A stretch of 48,517 bases of DNA from Myxococcota bacterium (lineage in GTDB: Bacteria; Myxococcota_C; UBA6777), in assembly GCA_023150835.1 (NCBI GenBank), contig JAKLKB010000044.1, positions 1 to 48,517 on the forward strand. The letters run 5' to 3'. The notes beneath the pieces were generated by a model, which was not told the origin of the DNA, ran no database searches, and saw only the letters and a program-made list of their open reading frames with translations. This document shows, piece by piece, positions 1-14,004 of this stretch. Both the position numbers and the translations under genes were made by a program. Position 1 is the stretch's first letter; the number at the start of each line of letters is the position of its first letter.

Positions 1-127
1 ACGACGCGCAGACGCTGCCCGTTCCAACTTCCCCCCGTTCACGGGGGGATTGAGGGGGGGCGACAAAAGAAACGGCGATCAGGCTAGACTATCCGGTGTT
101 TCCACCTTAACAAGGCGCGTATGGGGC
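1..127. repeat. Dispersed repeat family A (partial copy at window edge)
   Basis: CCAACTTCCCCCCGTTCACGGGGGGATTGAGGGGGG...CCTTAACAAGGCGCGTATGGGG matches copies at about 37990-38097, 38235-38338 and 43711-43813. Confidence 0.85.
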
Positions 128-248
128 AAAGCCCCACAAAACCAACAAAAACGAAAAGCCCCACAAAACCAACAAAAACGAAAAGCCCCACAAAACCAAC
201 AAAAACGAAAAGCCCCACAAAACCAACAAAAACAAAAAGCCCCACAAA
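128..248. repeat. 27-bp tandem repeat, about 4.5 copies
   Basis: Unit AAAGCCCCACAAAACCAACAAAAACGA starts at 128, 155, 182, 209 and 236 (partial); no spacers. Confidence 0.95.
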
Positions 249-275
249 GCAACCCCCCCCAACAAGTCCAAAGAA

Positions 276-1556
276 TTACAAACGAAATGCCTGTGCGCGT
301 TCGGGTCCGACACTCACCAAGGAGATGGGGATTCCGACAGATTGCTCGATGCGATGGAGATAATCTTTCGCAGCTTCCGGCAGATCGGCAAAACGGCGGA
401 CAGCAGACAGATCTTCCTCCCATCCCGGGATCTCTTCGTACACAGGCTCCAAGCGATCCCATTGCTCGATACAAGGCGGCGGAAGTTCGAGGCGTTCGCC
501 ATCCAACAGATAGTGCGTACACAAACCGATCGTCTGCATACCGCTCAAGACATCCAGCTTGGTGATGACAAGTCCCGTCAATCCGTTCACTTGGGCTGCA
601 AAGCGCAGCAAAGGAAGATCCATCCAGCCGCAACGACGGGCTCTTCCTGTGGTCACGCCGTATTCGTGCCCAAGCGACCGCAGCCGCTCGCCGATCGCGT
701 TGTCCTGCTCCGTTGGAAACGGGCCTCCCCCGACACGGGTGATGTACGCCTTTGCGACGCCGATGACTGCGTCGATCTGCGAAGGCCCAAGCCCGCTACC
801 CAAACACACGCCCCCCGCACTCGGATAAGAGGATGTCACAAAAGGATACGTTCCGACATCCAGATCCAACAAAGTCCCTTGTGCTCCTTCAAAAAGGATC
901 CTATCCCCCGCACGATAACGCGCATGAAGCAATGCCTCTGTGTCTGTGATATAAGGCGCAAGGCGGCGCACCAACGGTTGCAGATACGCGATCATCTCGT
1001 CAACATCGACAGGTGGAGCGCCGTACACGCCCTGCAAGATCTTGTTGGTATAAGCCAGTCCGCCGTCAAGACGCTTTTTCAAGACATCTTCGTACAACAT
1101 ATCGATCATCCGCAGACCGCGACGTGCCACTTTGTCTGTATAAGCAGGGCCGATCCCTTTCAGCGTCGTGCCGATCTGTTCGGCCCCTTGGCGTTCTTCT
1201 TCAAGGCGATCCAAGAGCGCATGATAGGGCATGATCACGTGCGCACGGGCGCTGACATACAACCGCCCCATCGAAAGGCCCCGTGCTTCTAGGGCGTCCA
1301 TCTCTTTGAGCAAAGCTTCGGGCGATATCACCATGCCGCTTGCGAGGACGTTGCGCTTTTCTGGATGCAAGATCCCCGAAGGGATCAGATGCAGCGCAAA
1401 CTTCTCCAACCCCACATGGATCGAGTGGCCCGCGTTATGCCCCCCGCTAAAGCGCACGATCACATCGGCTTCTTCGGCCATCAGATCGGTGACACGGCCC
1501 TTTCCCTCATCTCCCCATTGTGCGCCCAACAATACCGTTGTCTGGTGTTGCGTCAT
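276..1556 (-). CDS. purA: Adenylosuccinate synthetase
   Basis: GAQWGDEGKG, GGHNAGH, EGAQG, GTYPFVTSS, EYGVTTGRARRCGW and TKLDVL motifs; 426 aa; start overlaps the purD stop. Confidence 0.98.
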   Translation of the reverse strand: MTQHQTTVLLGAQWGDEGKGRVTDLMAEEADVIVRFSGGHNAGHSIHVGLEKFALHLIPSGILHPEKRNVLASGMVISPEALLKEMDALEARGLSMGRLYVSARAHVIMPYHALLDRLEEERQGAEQIGTTLKGIGPAYTDKVARRGLRMIDMLYEDVLKKRLDGGLAYTNKILQGVYGAPPVDVDEMIAYLQPLVRRLAPYITDTEALLHARYRAGDRILFEGAQGTLLDLDVGTYPFVTSSYPSAGGVCLGSGLGPSQIDAVIGVAKAYITRVGGGPFPTEQDNAIGERLRSLGHEYGVTTGRARRCGWMDLPLLRFAAQVNGLTGLVITKLDVLSGMQTIGLCTHYLLDGERLELPPPCIEQWDRLEPVYEEIPGWEEDLSAVRRFADLPEAAKDYLHRIEQSVGIPISLVSVGPERAQAFRL

Positions 1557-2887
1557 GCGTTTTTCTTCCTACCTGTGTGGTCGTTATGGCCGATCGATGC
1601 GGCGAGACGTTCGTCAGAAGCGATATCACGGCGGTAGACCAGCCCTTCTTCGGTGCGGATCTGCGCGCAAGCATCGTAGGCAAGCTGACGCGCTTGCACA
1701 AGGCCCGCCGCTGCATACCCCGTCACGCCCAAGACACGGCCTCCGTGCGTCACGAATCCTTCGCCCTCTCGCCGCGTTCCCGCATGAAACACCGTCACGC
1801 CCGAGATGTCTTCGGCTTTGTCGATCCCTTCGATGGCTTGGCCATTTCGGACTTCTTCGGGGTATCCCTGTGCGGCCAACACCACACAACACGCCGCTCC
1901 TGCCCGAAACGCCATCGGTGCCTGTACAAGCCGCCCTTCGACCGCCGCATCGAGCAACGTATACAAGTCGCTCTCCAACATCACCATCGCAGGCTGACAT
2001 TCGGGATCGCCGAAGCGCACATTGAACTCCAAAGCCTTCGGTCCTTCGGGCGTCAGCATCATCCCTGCATACAAAAAGCCTGTGTACGGGATGCCACGTC
2101 GCGCAAAAGCCTCCACCACAGGCGTCATCACCTCTTGATGGATGCGATGAACCATCGCCAACGAGGCCACAGGAGAAGGGCCAAAAGCGCCCATTCCGCC
2201 CGTATTGGGGCCGCGATCGCCATCCAACAATGTCTTGTGATCTTGAAAGGACATCTCCCACGGGATCACCCGTTTGCCATCACAGACACCAAAGATCGAA
2301 AACTCCGGTCCGCTCAAGCGTTCCGAAACCAAGATATCGGAACCAAACGAGGCGATCAATCTCGGTAAAGCAGCCATCGCTTCGGTGACATCGTCACAAA
2401 CAACCACGCCTTTTCCAGCCGCCAGCCCACGCACCTTTAAAACGATCCCACCCGCCGTTGTATGCGTGCGGATCGCCGCTTCGGCTTCGGCTTGGCTGCG
2501 GCAGCACACGCCTTCTGCTTGTGGAATCCCCGCCTCTTTCATCAATTCAAACGAAAAGAACTTGTCGCCCTCCAATGCTGCGGCTGCTTGGACAGGACCA
2601 AAAACGCGCTTGATCCCTTGGGCGTGCAAAAAATCCACAAGGCCCGCCATCAACGGCACTTCGGGCCCCACCAACGTCAGATCAATCCCTTCCTCTCGAA
2701 TACACCGAGCGATCTCTTCTTGTGCGATTGCTTTTGTCCCATCCAAGGGAAGATTTCGCAGTTTCCCCCCCATCGTCCCGCCATTTCCGGCCGCAAACAA
2801 CACCTCCGAGACTTGTTCGCTTTGCGCCAGCTTCCAGCCCAACGCATGTTCGCGCCCTCCACTTCCGATGATCAACACCTTGGCCAT
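1553..2887 (-). CDS. purD: Phosphoribosylamine--glycine ligase
   Basis: KVLIIGSGGREHAL, VGPE, GLAAGKGV, QDHK, GPNTGGMGA, EFNVRFGDPE, GGRVL. Confidence 0.98.
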   Translation of the reverse strand: MAKVLIIGSGGREHALGWKLAQSEQVSEVLFAAGNGGTMGGKLRNLPLDGTKAIAQEEIARCIREEGIDLTLVGPEVPLMAGLVDFLHAQGIKRVFGPVQAAAALEGDKFFSFELMKEAGIPQAEGVCCRSQAEAEAAIRTHTTAGGIVLKVRGLAAGKGVVVCDDVTEAMAALPRLIASFGSDILVSERLSGPEFSIFGVCDGKRVIPWEMSFQDHKTLLDGDRGPNTGGMGAFGPSPVASLAMVHRIHQEVMTPVVEAFARRGIPYTGFLYAGMMLTPEGPKALEFNVRFGDPECQPAMVMLESDLYTLLDAAVEGRLVQAPMAFRAGAACCVVLAAQGYPEEVRNGQAIEGIDKAEDISGVTVFHAGTRREGEGFVTHGGRVLGVTGYAAAGLVQARQLAYDACAQIRTEEGLVYRRDIASDERLAASIGHNDHTGRKKNA

Positions 2888-2945
2888 CGTACTTTCTCCT
2901 TTGTCTTTTTCTTCTCAGATCAGAATTATGCAATTGAATGATTTT

Positions 2946-3062
2946 GTGGGGTTCCACCCCATACCCCGCAGGGAGCGCGGCTCCCTGACCCCGTATCGGC
3001 GAAGAGAGCGATGGTTTTTGAAACGGACGACTCTGTCGCTTGGAGTGGTGCGAACACGGGGT
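2946..3062 (+). repeat. Dispersed repeat family B (about 116 bp, hairpin-rich)
   Basis: TGGGG..CCCCATACCCCGCA..GACCCCGT..CTTGGA..GCGAACACGG; related copies at 20827, 34511 (reverse), 37619, 43469 (reverse) and 47781. Confidence 0.85.
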
Positions 3063-3106
3063 GTTGCTCTGCCGCACAAGCCCTCCATCACACCCATCCC
3101 ATCGGC

Positions 3107-7282
<4,176 letters not shown>

Positions 7283-7286
<4 letters not shown>

Positions 7287-8884
7287 CGCTCGATTCCCTC
7301 GCCGTTAAGCGGATAGCGGCCCCCAAAACAACCGCTGCAAATACCGCATTGATAAGTGTTTTTGATCAGCCGCTCTAGCCCCGCAAGGCTGACATACAAC
7401 AGCCGATCCGCACCGACAAGATCACAGATCTCTTCGGGCGTACGGTGGTGCGCGATTAGCTGTTGGCGATCCTGAAAATCCATCCCATACGGACAGATAT
7501 CGACGATCGCAGGGGCCGAGATGCAGTTGACGATCGAGGCCGCTCCTGCATCGCGCAAGCGTTGGTTGATGATCCGGATGGTGGTCGAACGCACGATCGA
7601 ATCGTCCACCACGATCACCCGCTTGCCTTCGATCTTTTCTTTGCGCAGATGCAGCTTTTGGTACGCTGTGCGCACGCGCTCTTCGTAAGTCGAAGACGTA
7701 AAGGAGCGCCGCTTTGCACGCGGCGGATTGTGCAGCCGCTTGAAATATTCTCGATAAGGGATCCCAGACGCCTCCGAAAGTCCTACGGCTGCGTGCTTTC
7801 CAGAGTCCAGCACAGGGATGATGCAATCGCCTTCCAGATCGGGGTTCTCTTCGGCCAAAAGTCGCCCTAGCTCGTAGCGAAAGTCTTCATGCCAAAAGCC
7901 GTTGTAGCGCGTTCTTGGATCAGAAAAATAAATCCCCTCAAAAATACAAAAATGCTCATCAGGCTTGGCGTACTGGATGCGGCGGATGGTATCGCTCCCA
8001 CGCTTCAAGATCACCATCTCGCCCGGCGCAAGATCCCCAAGATGCTTGCAATCAGGGTATTGATCCATCGCATAATTCTCGGAACAGACGAGAAATCCCC
8101 CTTGCATCGCCCCAAGACTCAACGGGCGCACACCAAAACGATCCCGCAGCGCGATGATCTTGTCTTCACACAAGATCAACAACGCATACGCCACTTCGAT
8201 CTGCCGACAAGCATCCACGATCGCATCTTCGATATTCGTCGCAAAGCTTTGTGTAATCAAATGGCCGAATAATTCGGAGTCTGTGGTGGATTGAAAGAGG
8301 ATGCCTTGTTGAACAAGTCGATGGCGAACGCCACGTGGGTCGGCAAGCTGTCCATTGTGGGCGATCGCAAACGGCCCAAAACGCGAAGCGTGAAAGAAAA
8401 GCGGTTGGACGTTGGTTGCAGACTCCACGCTGCCACGGGTGGCATAGCGGCCATGACCGACCGCGATATCTCCCGGCAAAAGACCCGCGATATCGACGCC
8501 ATGAAAGTTTTCACGCACACTCCCCACCCGCCGACGGATCGCAAACTCTTTTCCATCGTAGCTGATGATCCCCGCGCCGTGTTCGCCTCGATGCTCTTGC
8601 AACATCAAGCAATCGTACACATACCGCGAAGCATCGGGCAGATTGATCGCCGCTGCAAGGCCGCATGCTTCGGGAAGCAGATCACGCAAAGAAAAATCAT
8701 CCTCTTGCTCAAGACTTCCATGCACACTGTGGATCAAGCCTCGGTAGGGATTGCCTGCACGACCACAAAGACGCGGCGGATCGTTGGGGGGCGGGTCAAA
8801 TGGCTGGTGGCCCTGCATTCTCGGGGCTTTTGAAATATCGGCAAACGATCCCTCAAAGGCTTCTTCGCGTTTTTTCTGCGACAT
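7283..8884 (-). CDS. purF: Amidophosphoribosyltransferase (Fe-S type) with long propeptide
   Basis: Ntn Cys in EACG, EHRGEHGAG, GHGRYAT, AHNG, DSE, CIFEGIYF, VVDDSIVRSTT, CPYGMD and CSGCF. Start chosen at ATG 8884 behind GGGAGG. Confidence 0.93.
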
Positions 8885-8927
8885 CTTCGTGCCTCCCTTT
8901 TGTGCGGCCTCGTTGGGCATCTCTTTC

Positions 8928-9665
8928 TTAAGACACATCAGCGCTCTGTGCGTGCATCGCGGCTTGAAGTGGAGACCATAGCTTATCCAACGCGGCGACA
9001 GGATCAGGAGATCCGTAGATGGCACGTCCGACGATCCCATGCCATCGCGGCCCTGCGACCTTCGCAGCCTCTTCAAGCGATCCGCCTTGCGCCACAAATC
9101 CCGGCATATACAGCGCTGGATCGATGCCTTCTTCTCGCACAACTCGGAGCAGCCGCTCGATCACAGCAGGCTGATTCCCCGGCATCACATAATCGACAAC
9201 CCCCAAACGAGCGGCTTCTTGGTACAATCGAACCAAAGCTTCATCGGCCAAAAATCCACCCTGACTTTGGGTATAACCTTGGTGGCTCATCCATCCGCCC
9301 ACCATCACCGCGACGCCTTCCTCACGCAAAGCCTCGACCCATGCGCGCATCGTCACAGGCCCTGCTTGTGGAAACAAGATCCCACAATCGACACCCGCTT
9401 GCTTCAACACACGCGCAAAGGGCTTGCCCGTTTCGGGGATATCTGTTCCTGCTTTTTGGTGATCATAGAGGATCGGCTTCATTGTATAACGCCGCGTCAC
9501 CTCCACCACGCGAGGCAGGCCCGCCGTCAGCCCCAAAACAAACCCCACCTTGTACGCGCTCACGCTCGGATGCTCCGCCGTTCGGCGTACGAATTCTTCA
9601 TAATCCGAAAAAGGCATATCACACGCAGGAATCAAACTGTACGATCGCGATAAAAGCCATGTCAT
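8928..9665 (-). CDS. pyrF: Orotidine 5'-phosphate decarboxylase (divergent type)
   Basis: IPACD, YKVG, YDHQKAGTDIPET (variant of DxKxxDI), PGFVAQGG, IVGRAIY; adjacent to pyrE. Confidence 0.85.
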   Translation of the reverse strand: MTWLLSRSYSLIPACDMPFSDYEEFVRRTAEHPSVSAYKVGFVLGLTAGLPRVVEVTRRYTMKPILYDHQKAGTDIPETGKPFARVLKQAGVDCGILFPQAGPVTMRAWVEALREEGVAVMVGGWMSHQGYTQSQGGFLADEALVRLYQEAARLGVVDYVMPGNQPAVIERLLRVVREEGIDPALYMPGFVAQGGSLEEAAKVAGPRWHGIVGRAIYGSPDPVAALDKLWSPLQAAMHAQSADVS

Positions 9666-9729
9666 CGAAAACACCCTTTCTGAGAAGAGCGGCTTGTTGC
9701 AAAGGAGAGATGCACCCCACAAAGGACCC

Positions 9730-9843
9730 TACGATATCCGAGCGATCTGAGATCGTGGGAGAGTGCGTAGACGCCCTGTGCTTGGGCAGCCACACCTGTC
9801 TGCCCCGACCTCTTTGACGATCACACAACGAGCGGATCTCGTA
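9730..9843 (+). repeat. MITE-like repeat family C (about 114 bp with terminal inverted repeats)
   Basis: Ends TACGATATCCG and CGGATCTCGTA with internal GGGCAGCCAC; lies between pyrE and pyrF. Confidence 0.8.
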
Positions 9844-9866
9844 TCACAGCTCCATACACACCAACG

Positions 9867-10607
9867 TCAGGCCACATTGTGGCTGCGTTCGCTTGGGTTG
9901 CCCTCTGCTTTCGGAAAAAGAGAGGAAGCGTCCTCGCCAAAAAGCTCCGTAGCTTCGGCCAAGATCGCCGGTCGGATCTCAGCGGGCGGAGGGCTTTGCT
10001 TCCAAACCAACGGAAGCAAGGTGCGGATATCACTCATCGACCAAAAAGGGATGCCCAAAGCTCCCAAGACCTCAGAAAGCCGTTGGCCATCCGCACGTTG
10101 TTCGCATCGATCGGTTAAACACAAGGCCCCGATCACATCGACCTCGGCCTCGCGCAAGGTCTCCAACGCCCCCAACAAAGAATCCCCTGTGGTCGTCACA
10201 TCCTCGATCAAAAGGGTCTTTCCACGCGGTACCCCGAGAAAATAGCGGTCTTTGCTTGCGCCATGGGCTTTGGGCTTTCCGCGCCCCATCGCCAAACAAT
10301 GCGTCTGCGGCCCAAAATGCAACGATTGCTTGGCATAACGATACTGCGCCAACAACGCCAGTTTCGAGGCTCCTTCTGCCACACCAAAGATCGTATCGGG
10401 TGTCTCAGGGAGTCCAGCGATAAATTCCAGCAAAAAAGTGACGCATTGATCGAGCGCCCAGACATCCTCGGCCACATCGCGCCAGTTGACATACCAATGC
10501 GACACTCGCCCTGATCGCAAGGTGACAGGCTGCGCAAAAAAGCCCAAAACACCGCGTTGACAAACAAACGACAACCATTGTTCTTTGTATGCAGGATCAC
10601 GAAACAT
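9867..10607 (-). CDS. pyrE: Orotate phosphoribosyltransferase-like type I PRTase
   Basis: TLRSGRVSHWYVNWR, RGKPKAHG and PRPP-binding LLIEDVTTTGDS; ATG overlaps the purN TGA. Confidence 0.85.
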   Translation of the reverse strand: MFRDPAYKEQWLSFVCQRGVLGFFAQPVTLRSGRVSHWYVNWRDVAEDVWALDQCVTFLLEFIAGLPETPDTIFGVAEGASKLALLAQYRYAKQSLHFGPQTHCLAMGRGKPKAHGASKDRYFLGVPRGKTLLIEDVTTTGDSLLGALETLREAEVDVIGALCLTDRCEQRADGQRLSEVLGALGIPFWSMSDIRTLLPLVWKQSPPPAEIRPAILAEATELFGEDASSLFPKAEGNPSERSHNVA

Positions 10608-11551
10608 CACGAATCTCCGCCAAGATCGTTGCGACGTGCGCGTCTGCGCTGCGCAAGCCAAGCCAAGACAGTCCACGGATACAGCGTATGTTCGAGTTGA
10701 TGGACGCGAGATTCAAGCGAGTCCAAGGACTCTCCATCATGTCGCGGTATCCGACCTTGTGACAAGATCGGCCCTTCATCCACGCCCTCGTCGACGAGAT
10801 GGATACTCACCCCCACCCACGCATCCTGCGCGACATAAGCGCGGCGGATCGCGTCTAGTCCGGGATAATCAGGAAGGATCGACGGATGGATATTGACGAT
10901 CTTCCCCAAGAATGGGCGCACCACACGCGGCGGCAAGACACGCATATAGCCCGCCAGCAGGGCAAGATCAAAAGGCTGTTGCTCCAAAAATGCCATGACA
11001 GCATCGTTTAACGTCCGTTTGTCCCATTCTTGCGGTGGTGGCGGCTCGACACACCGAACCCCCAAACGCTGCGCTCGCGACAAGATCAATGCCCCCGATC
11101 GATCGCAAAAAAGACCGATACACTCGACTCCATACGGACGCAAGGCTTTGACCAACGCCTCAAAGTTCGACCCGCTCCCCGATCCCAAAACCAAGATCTT
11201 TGCTCCCCAGATCACCGACGTCTCAGCATCATTCGCTCCCCAGATCACCGACGTCTCAGCATCATTCGCTCCCCAGATCACCGACGTCTCAACATCATTC
11301 GCTCCCCAGATCACCGACGTCTCAACATCATTCGCTCCCCAGATCACCGACGCCTCAACATCAGGATCGCCCCGAACCACCGACTTTTGAGCGTCTTCTG
11401 AATCAACGCCCCCCCACAACGCCGCTGTTTGCACGCCTTCGAGATCGATCAGGTTTGATGCCCATCGGATCTCTGCCCCCTCGATCGGTGCCAGCCCCCC
11501 CCATCCCTGCCAAGGCTGCCAAGGCGTCCATGTTCGGCTTTGATCCAACAT
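10607..11551 (-). CDS. purN: Phosphoribosylglycinamide formyltransferase with repeat-derived N-terminal extension (start uncertain)
   Basis: KILVLGSGSGSNFEAL, LAGYMRVL, NIHPSILP, VDEGVDEGPI and EHTLYP; the frame stays open through the 33-bp repeats. Confidence 0.9.
   Translation of the reverse strand: MLDQSRTWTPWQPWQGWGGLAPIEGAEIRWASNLIDLEGVQTAALWGGVDSEDAQKSVVRGDPDVEASVIWGANDVETSVIWGANDVETSVIWGANDAETSVIWGANDAETSVIWGAKILVLGSGSGSNFEALVKALRPYGVECIGLFCDRSGALILSRAQRLGVRCVEPPPPQEWDKRTLNDAVMAFLEQQPFDLALLAGYMRVLPPRVVRPFLGKIVNIHPSILPDYPGLDAIRRAYVAQDAWVGVSIHLVDEGVDEGPILSQGRIPRHDGESLDSLESRVHQLEHTLYPWTVLAWLAQRRRARRNDLGGDS
11202..11363. repeat. 33-bp tandem repeat, about 5 copies (SVIWGAND[VA]ET in the purN frame)
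   Basis: Unit GCTCCCCAGATCACCGACGTCTCA(G/A)CATCATTC at 11202, 11235, 11268, 11301 and 11334. Confidence 0.95.
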
Positions 11552-11710
11552 ACAAACGCTCCTTTTTTTCACAACACATCGAAAGCTCAAGAGAATTCAA
11601 TACTTCCATGCGGCTTCCCGTGTAGGATGGCGCTCTTGTACGCGATCTCAAACGAAAAATCTACTGAAAATATCTGTTTTTCTAATTTACCCCACAACAC
11701 AAGGATTTTA

Positions 11711-11739
11711 TTGACAAAAATCCCATATTGCGCCATCCT
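11711..11739 (+). promoter_or_regulatory. Putative sigma70 promoter
   Basis: TTGACA-17 bp-CATCCT in an AT-rich divergent intergenic region about 45 bp before ATG 11783. Confidence 0.45.
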
Positions 11740-11782
11740 CGTCTACCGTTCGCTTCACTCCACGACCCACAGAGGCCCGACA

Positions 11783-12967
11783 ATGCGCAGTTCTTTCTTG
11801 TTTTTAAGCCTTCTTTTTGGATGTTGTATGGCTTCGCTTATTTCTTTTGGCTGCGAACCTCCCGAAGTCCCCTGCAAAGAAGGCGAAACTCGTGCCTGTT
11901 ATAGCCTACGCCAAGGCTGTATCAAAGAAGGCGCAAACTACCGTTGTTTTGGCCCTTGCCAAGCAGGTACACAACAATGCAAAGGCGGAAAATGGAGCAG
12001 CTTTTGCGCTCTTGAAAAGTGGCCCGCTGTGGAGATCTGCGGCAACGGCATCGACGACGACTGCGACGGTCAAACAGACGAAGGATGCGGCCTCTCCGAC
12101 GCAGGCCCCGATCAAACCAACCCTCCCGATCAAACCAACCCTCCCGATCAAACCAACCCTCCCGATCAAACCAACCCTCCCGATCAAACCAACCCAGTCA
12201 AAGTCAAAGAAGTCTTGCTCAAAAACGGAACTTTTCGTATGGGAGATATCGAGGGAGAAGGCAACGACACCTCCAAGCCGTCCCATGAAGTGACGATCTC
12301 ACGCAGTATTTGGGCGCATCAGTACGAAGTGACACAGGCTGATTTTCAAGCGCTGATGGGCTACAACCCAGCCAATTCTCAGAAAACATGCGGCGGTTCT
12401 TGCCCCGTCGAAAGTGTGACGTGGCACGAAGCACTCGCTTATGCCAACGCACTTTCTCAACGACATGGCTACGAGATATGCTTTGATTGTACAGGACAAA
12501 AAAAAGATGTGCTTTGCGCTCTCAAGCCAGAGTACGGGGGGCAAACGCACCAAAACTACTTCACCTGCTTGGGATTTCGGCTGCCATCCGAAGCGGAATG
12601 GGAGTATGCTGCGCGGGGTGGGAAAACCACGTCGCGTTATGGGGAGATCGGTGCGATCGCTTGGTACGCAGACAACGCTCTTCTTCGCCCCCAGTCTGTC
12701 GGCACAAAACAACCCAACGGATTCGGTTTGTATGATACGCTCGGCAATGTTTTTGAGTGGACCATCGACATCGCAAGCCGAGTCTACACGTCCTCCTCGG
12801 TGACGGATCCTGTTTTTTTCGACAAAGACGCCCAAAGCCGCATCGTGCGTGGAGGCGGCTGGCTAACAAGCGCAGCAAACATCCGCGCAACAGTGCGTTA
12901 CTTCTATGCTCCCACCAGCTACGAGCCCGATCGCGGGTTCCGCCTCGTCCGAACCGCTCAACCCTAG
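11783..12967 (+). CDS. FGE/SUMF1 (formylglycine-generating enzyme family) domain lipoprotein with Cys-rich N-terminus
   Basis: Lipobox-like SLISFGC, EICGNGIDDDCDGQTDEG, FRMG, YEVTQ, PVESVTW, RLPSEAEWEYAARGG, GLYDTLGNVFEW, RGGGW and GFRLVR. Confidence 0.9.
   Translation: MRSSFLFLSLLFGCCMASLISFGCEPPEVPCKEGETRACYSLRQGCIKEGANYRCFGPCQAGTQQCKGGKWSSFCALEKWPAVEICGNGIDDDCDGQTDEGCGLSDAGPDQTNPPDQTNPPDQTNPPDQTNPPDQTNPVKVKEVLLKNGTFRMGDIEGEGNDTSKPSHEVTISRSIWAHQYEVTQADFQALMGYNPANSQKTCGGSCPVESVTWHEALAYANALSQRHGYEICFDCTGQKKDVLCALKPEYGGQTHQNYFTCLGFRLPSEAEWEYAARGGKTTSRYGEIGAIAWYADNALLRPQSVGTKQPNGFGLYDTLGNVFEWTIDIASRVYTSSSVTDPVFFDKDAQSRIVRGGGWLTSAANIRATVRYFYAPTSYEPDRGFRLVRTAQP
12107..12196 (+). repeat. 18-bp coding tandem repeat x5 (PDQTNP linker)
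   Basis: CCCGATCAAACCAACCCT repeated in frame. Confidence 0.95.
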
Positions 12968-13122
12968 AGACCTGCTTTTCCCTATACGCCCACGACTCGA
13001 CACGGCGGCGTAGGGCGGGGACGATTTTGCTTGACACCGAAGCGTTCTTCGCTACAAATGCGCCCAAGTTTCGCCCACCGCTTCAACACCTTACGCGCCA
13101 AACCTACGCAAAGGAGAGCCGA

Positions 13123-13944
13123 GTGACGCTTTCTTGGAACACATGGCAAGCACCCCTTTATCCGGGTCGTCTGATCGCTGTGGGGCGCGATCATCACGGC
13201 CATCAGGTGATCGTTTACGTCATGACAGGGCGCAGCCCTTCCTCGCAAGCCCGCCGCCTGCTTTACGAGGCAGGCGAACTTCGCACCGATGTCACCGACC
13301 CCACGCTGCTTGCCCAAGGCAATCCCCAACTCTTGCTTTACGATTGTATGTTGCGCGCCAGCGATCATTTCTTGATCAGCAACGGATCACAAACCCTCTG
13401 CCTTGCCGAAAGCGCCGAAGCCCGCTACGAACAAGGCCTTCCGCTCGACCCTTTGGCGATCCTTGTGGGAGCACACCGCCGCCCTTTTCTAGCAGAAGCA
13501 ACGCAAGCCGACCGCTTCATGGATCTCACCCAGTACGAACCCGATCCTCCGCATTGGACGCCGCGTATCTGCGCGGTGGTCGGCCCCCAAGACGCCGCGA
13601 TGAGCATCACCAAACGCGTCGAAGGCGAAACCTGCCGAAACTTCTTTGTTTTGCCGATGCAAGCAGGAACGCTCCATCTGCTCACAACCTACGCAGGCTC
13701 CCTTCCTGCCGCAAACGAAGGACTCCCCTCCTTTGCAGGCGAACCTGTGCGCCTCTCGTTGCCCGGGGATACTCCACACACCGTCGCTCAGGCGTTTTGC
13801 GAAGCTTTTGCACCCCGTCCTGAAACAGATCACCGTGACTTTCGCGTCAGTATCGCGACGATGTTCTATCACCCCAAAGAGCACCGCCTCCAAGCGTATG
13901 TCTGGAATCGCCATCCTGCCCCAGAATCCGAAGAGATCTCCTAG
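13123..13944 (+). CDS. purO: IMP cyclohydrolase, PurO-like
   Basis: YPGRLIAVG, YVMTGRSPSSQAR, SNGSQT, YEPDPPHWTPRI and LTTY; GTG start behind AAGGAG; sits among pur genes. Confidence 0.8.
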   Translation: MTLSWNTWQAPLYPGRLIAVGRDHHGHQVIVYVMTGRSPSSQARRLLYEAGELRTDVTDPTLLAQGNPQLLLYDCMLRASDHFLISNGSQTLCLAESAEARYEQGLPLDPLAILVGAHRRPFLAEATQADRFMDLTQYEPDPPHWTPRICAVVGPQDAAMSITKRVEGETCRNFFVLPMQAGTLHLLTTYAGSLPAANEGLPSFAGEPVRLSLPGDTPHTVAQAFCEAFAPRPETDHRDFRVSIATMFYHPKEHRLQAYVWNRHPAPESEEIS

Positions 13945-14004
13945 TTCTTTCTTCCGCTCAGACCCTCCACAACAGAGATCACTCCTCAATAAAAGAAAGG
14001 CTCG

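Noticed and set aside
128-248. CRISPR array
   Set aside because: Head-to-tail 27-bp units without unique spacers; no cas genes
11202-11363. CRISPR array
   Set aside because: 33-bp units are contiguous, with no spacers
11783-12967. Diversity-generating retroelement
   Set aside because: No reverse transcriptase or template/variable repeat pair in the window
12757-13122. Extended N-terminus of the PurO-like ORF, and a ZMP/ZTP riboswitch upstream
   Set aside because: The extension overlaps the FGE gene; the riboswitch hallmarks GACUGGCG and CGCCUGGG were not found
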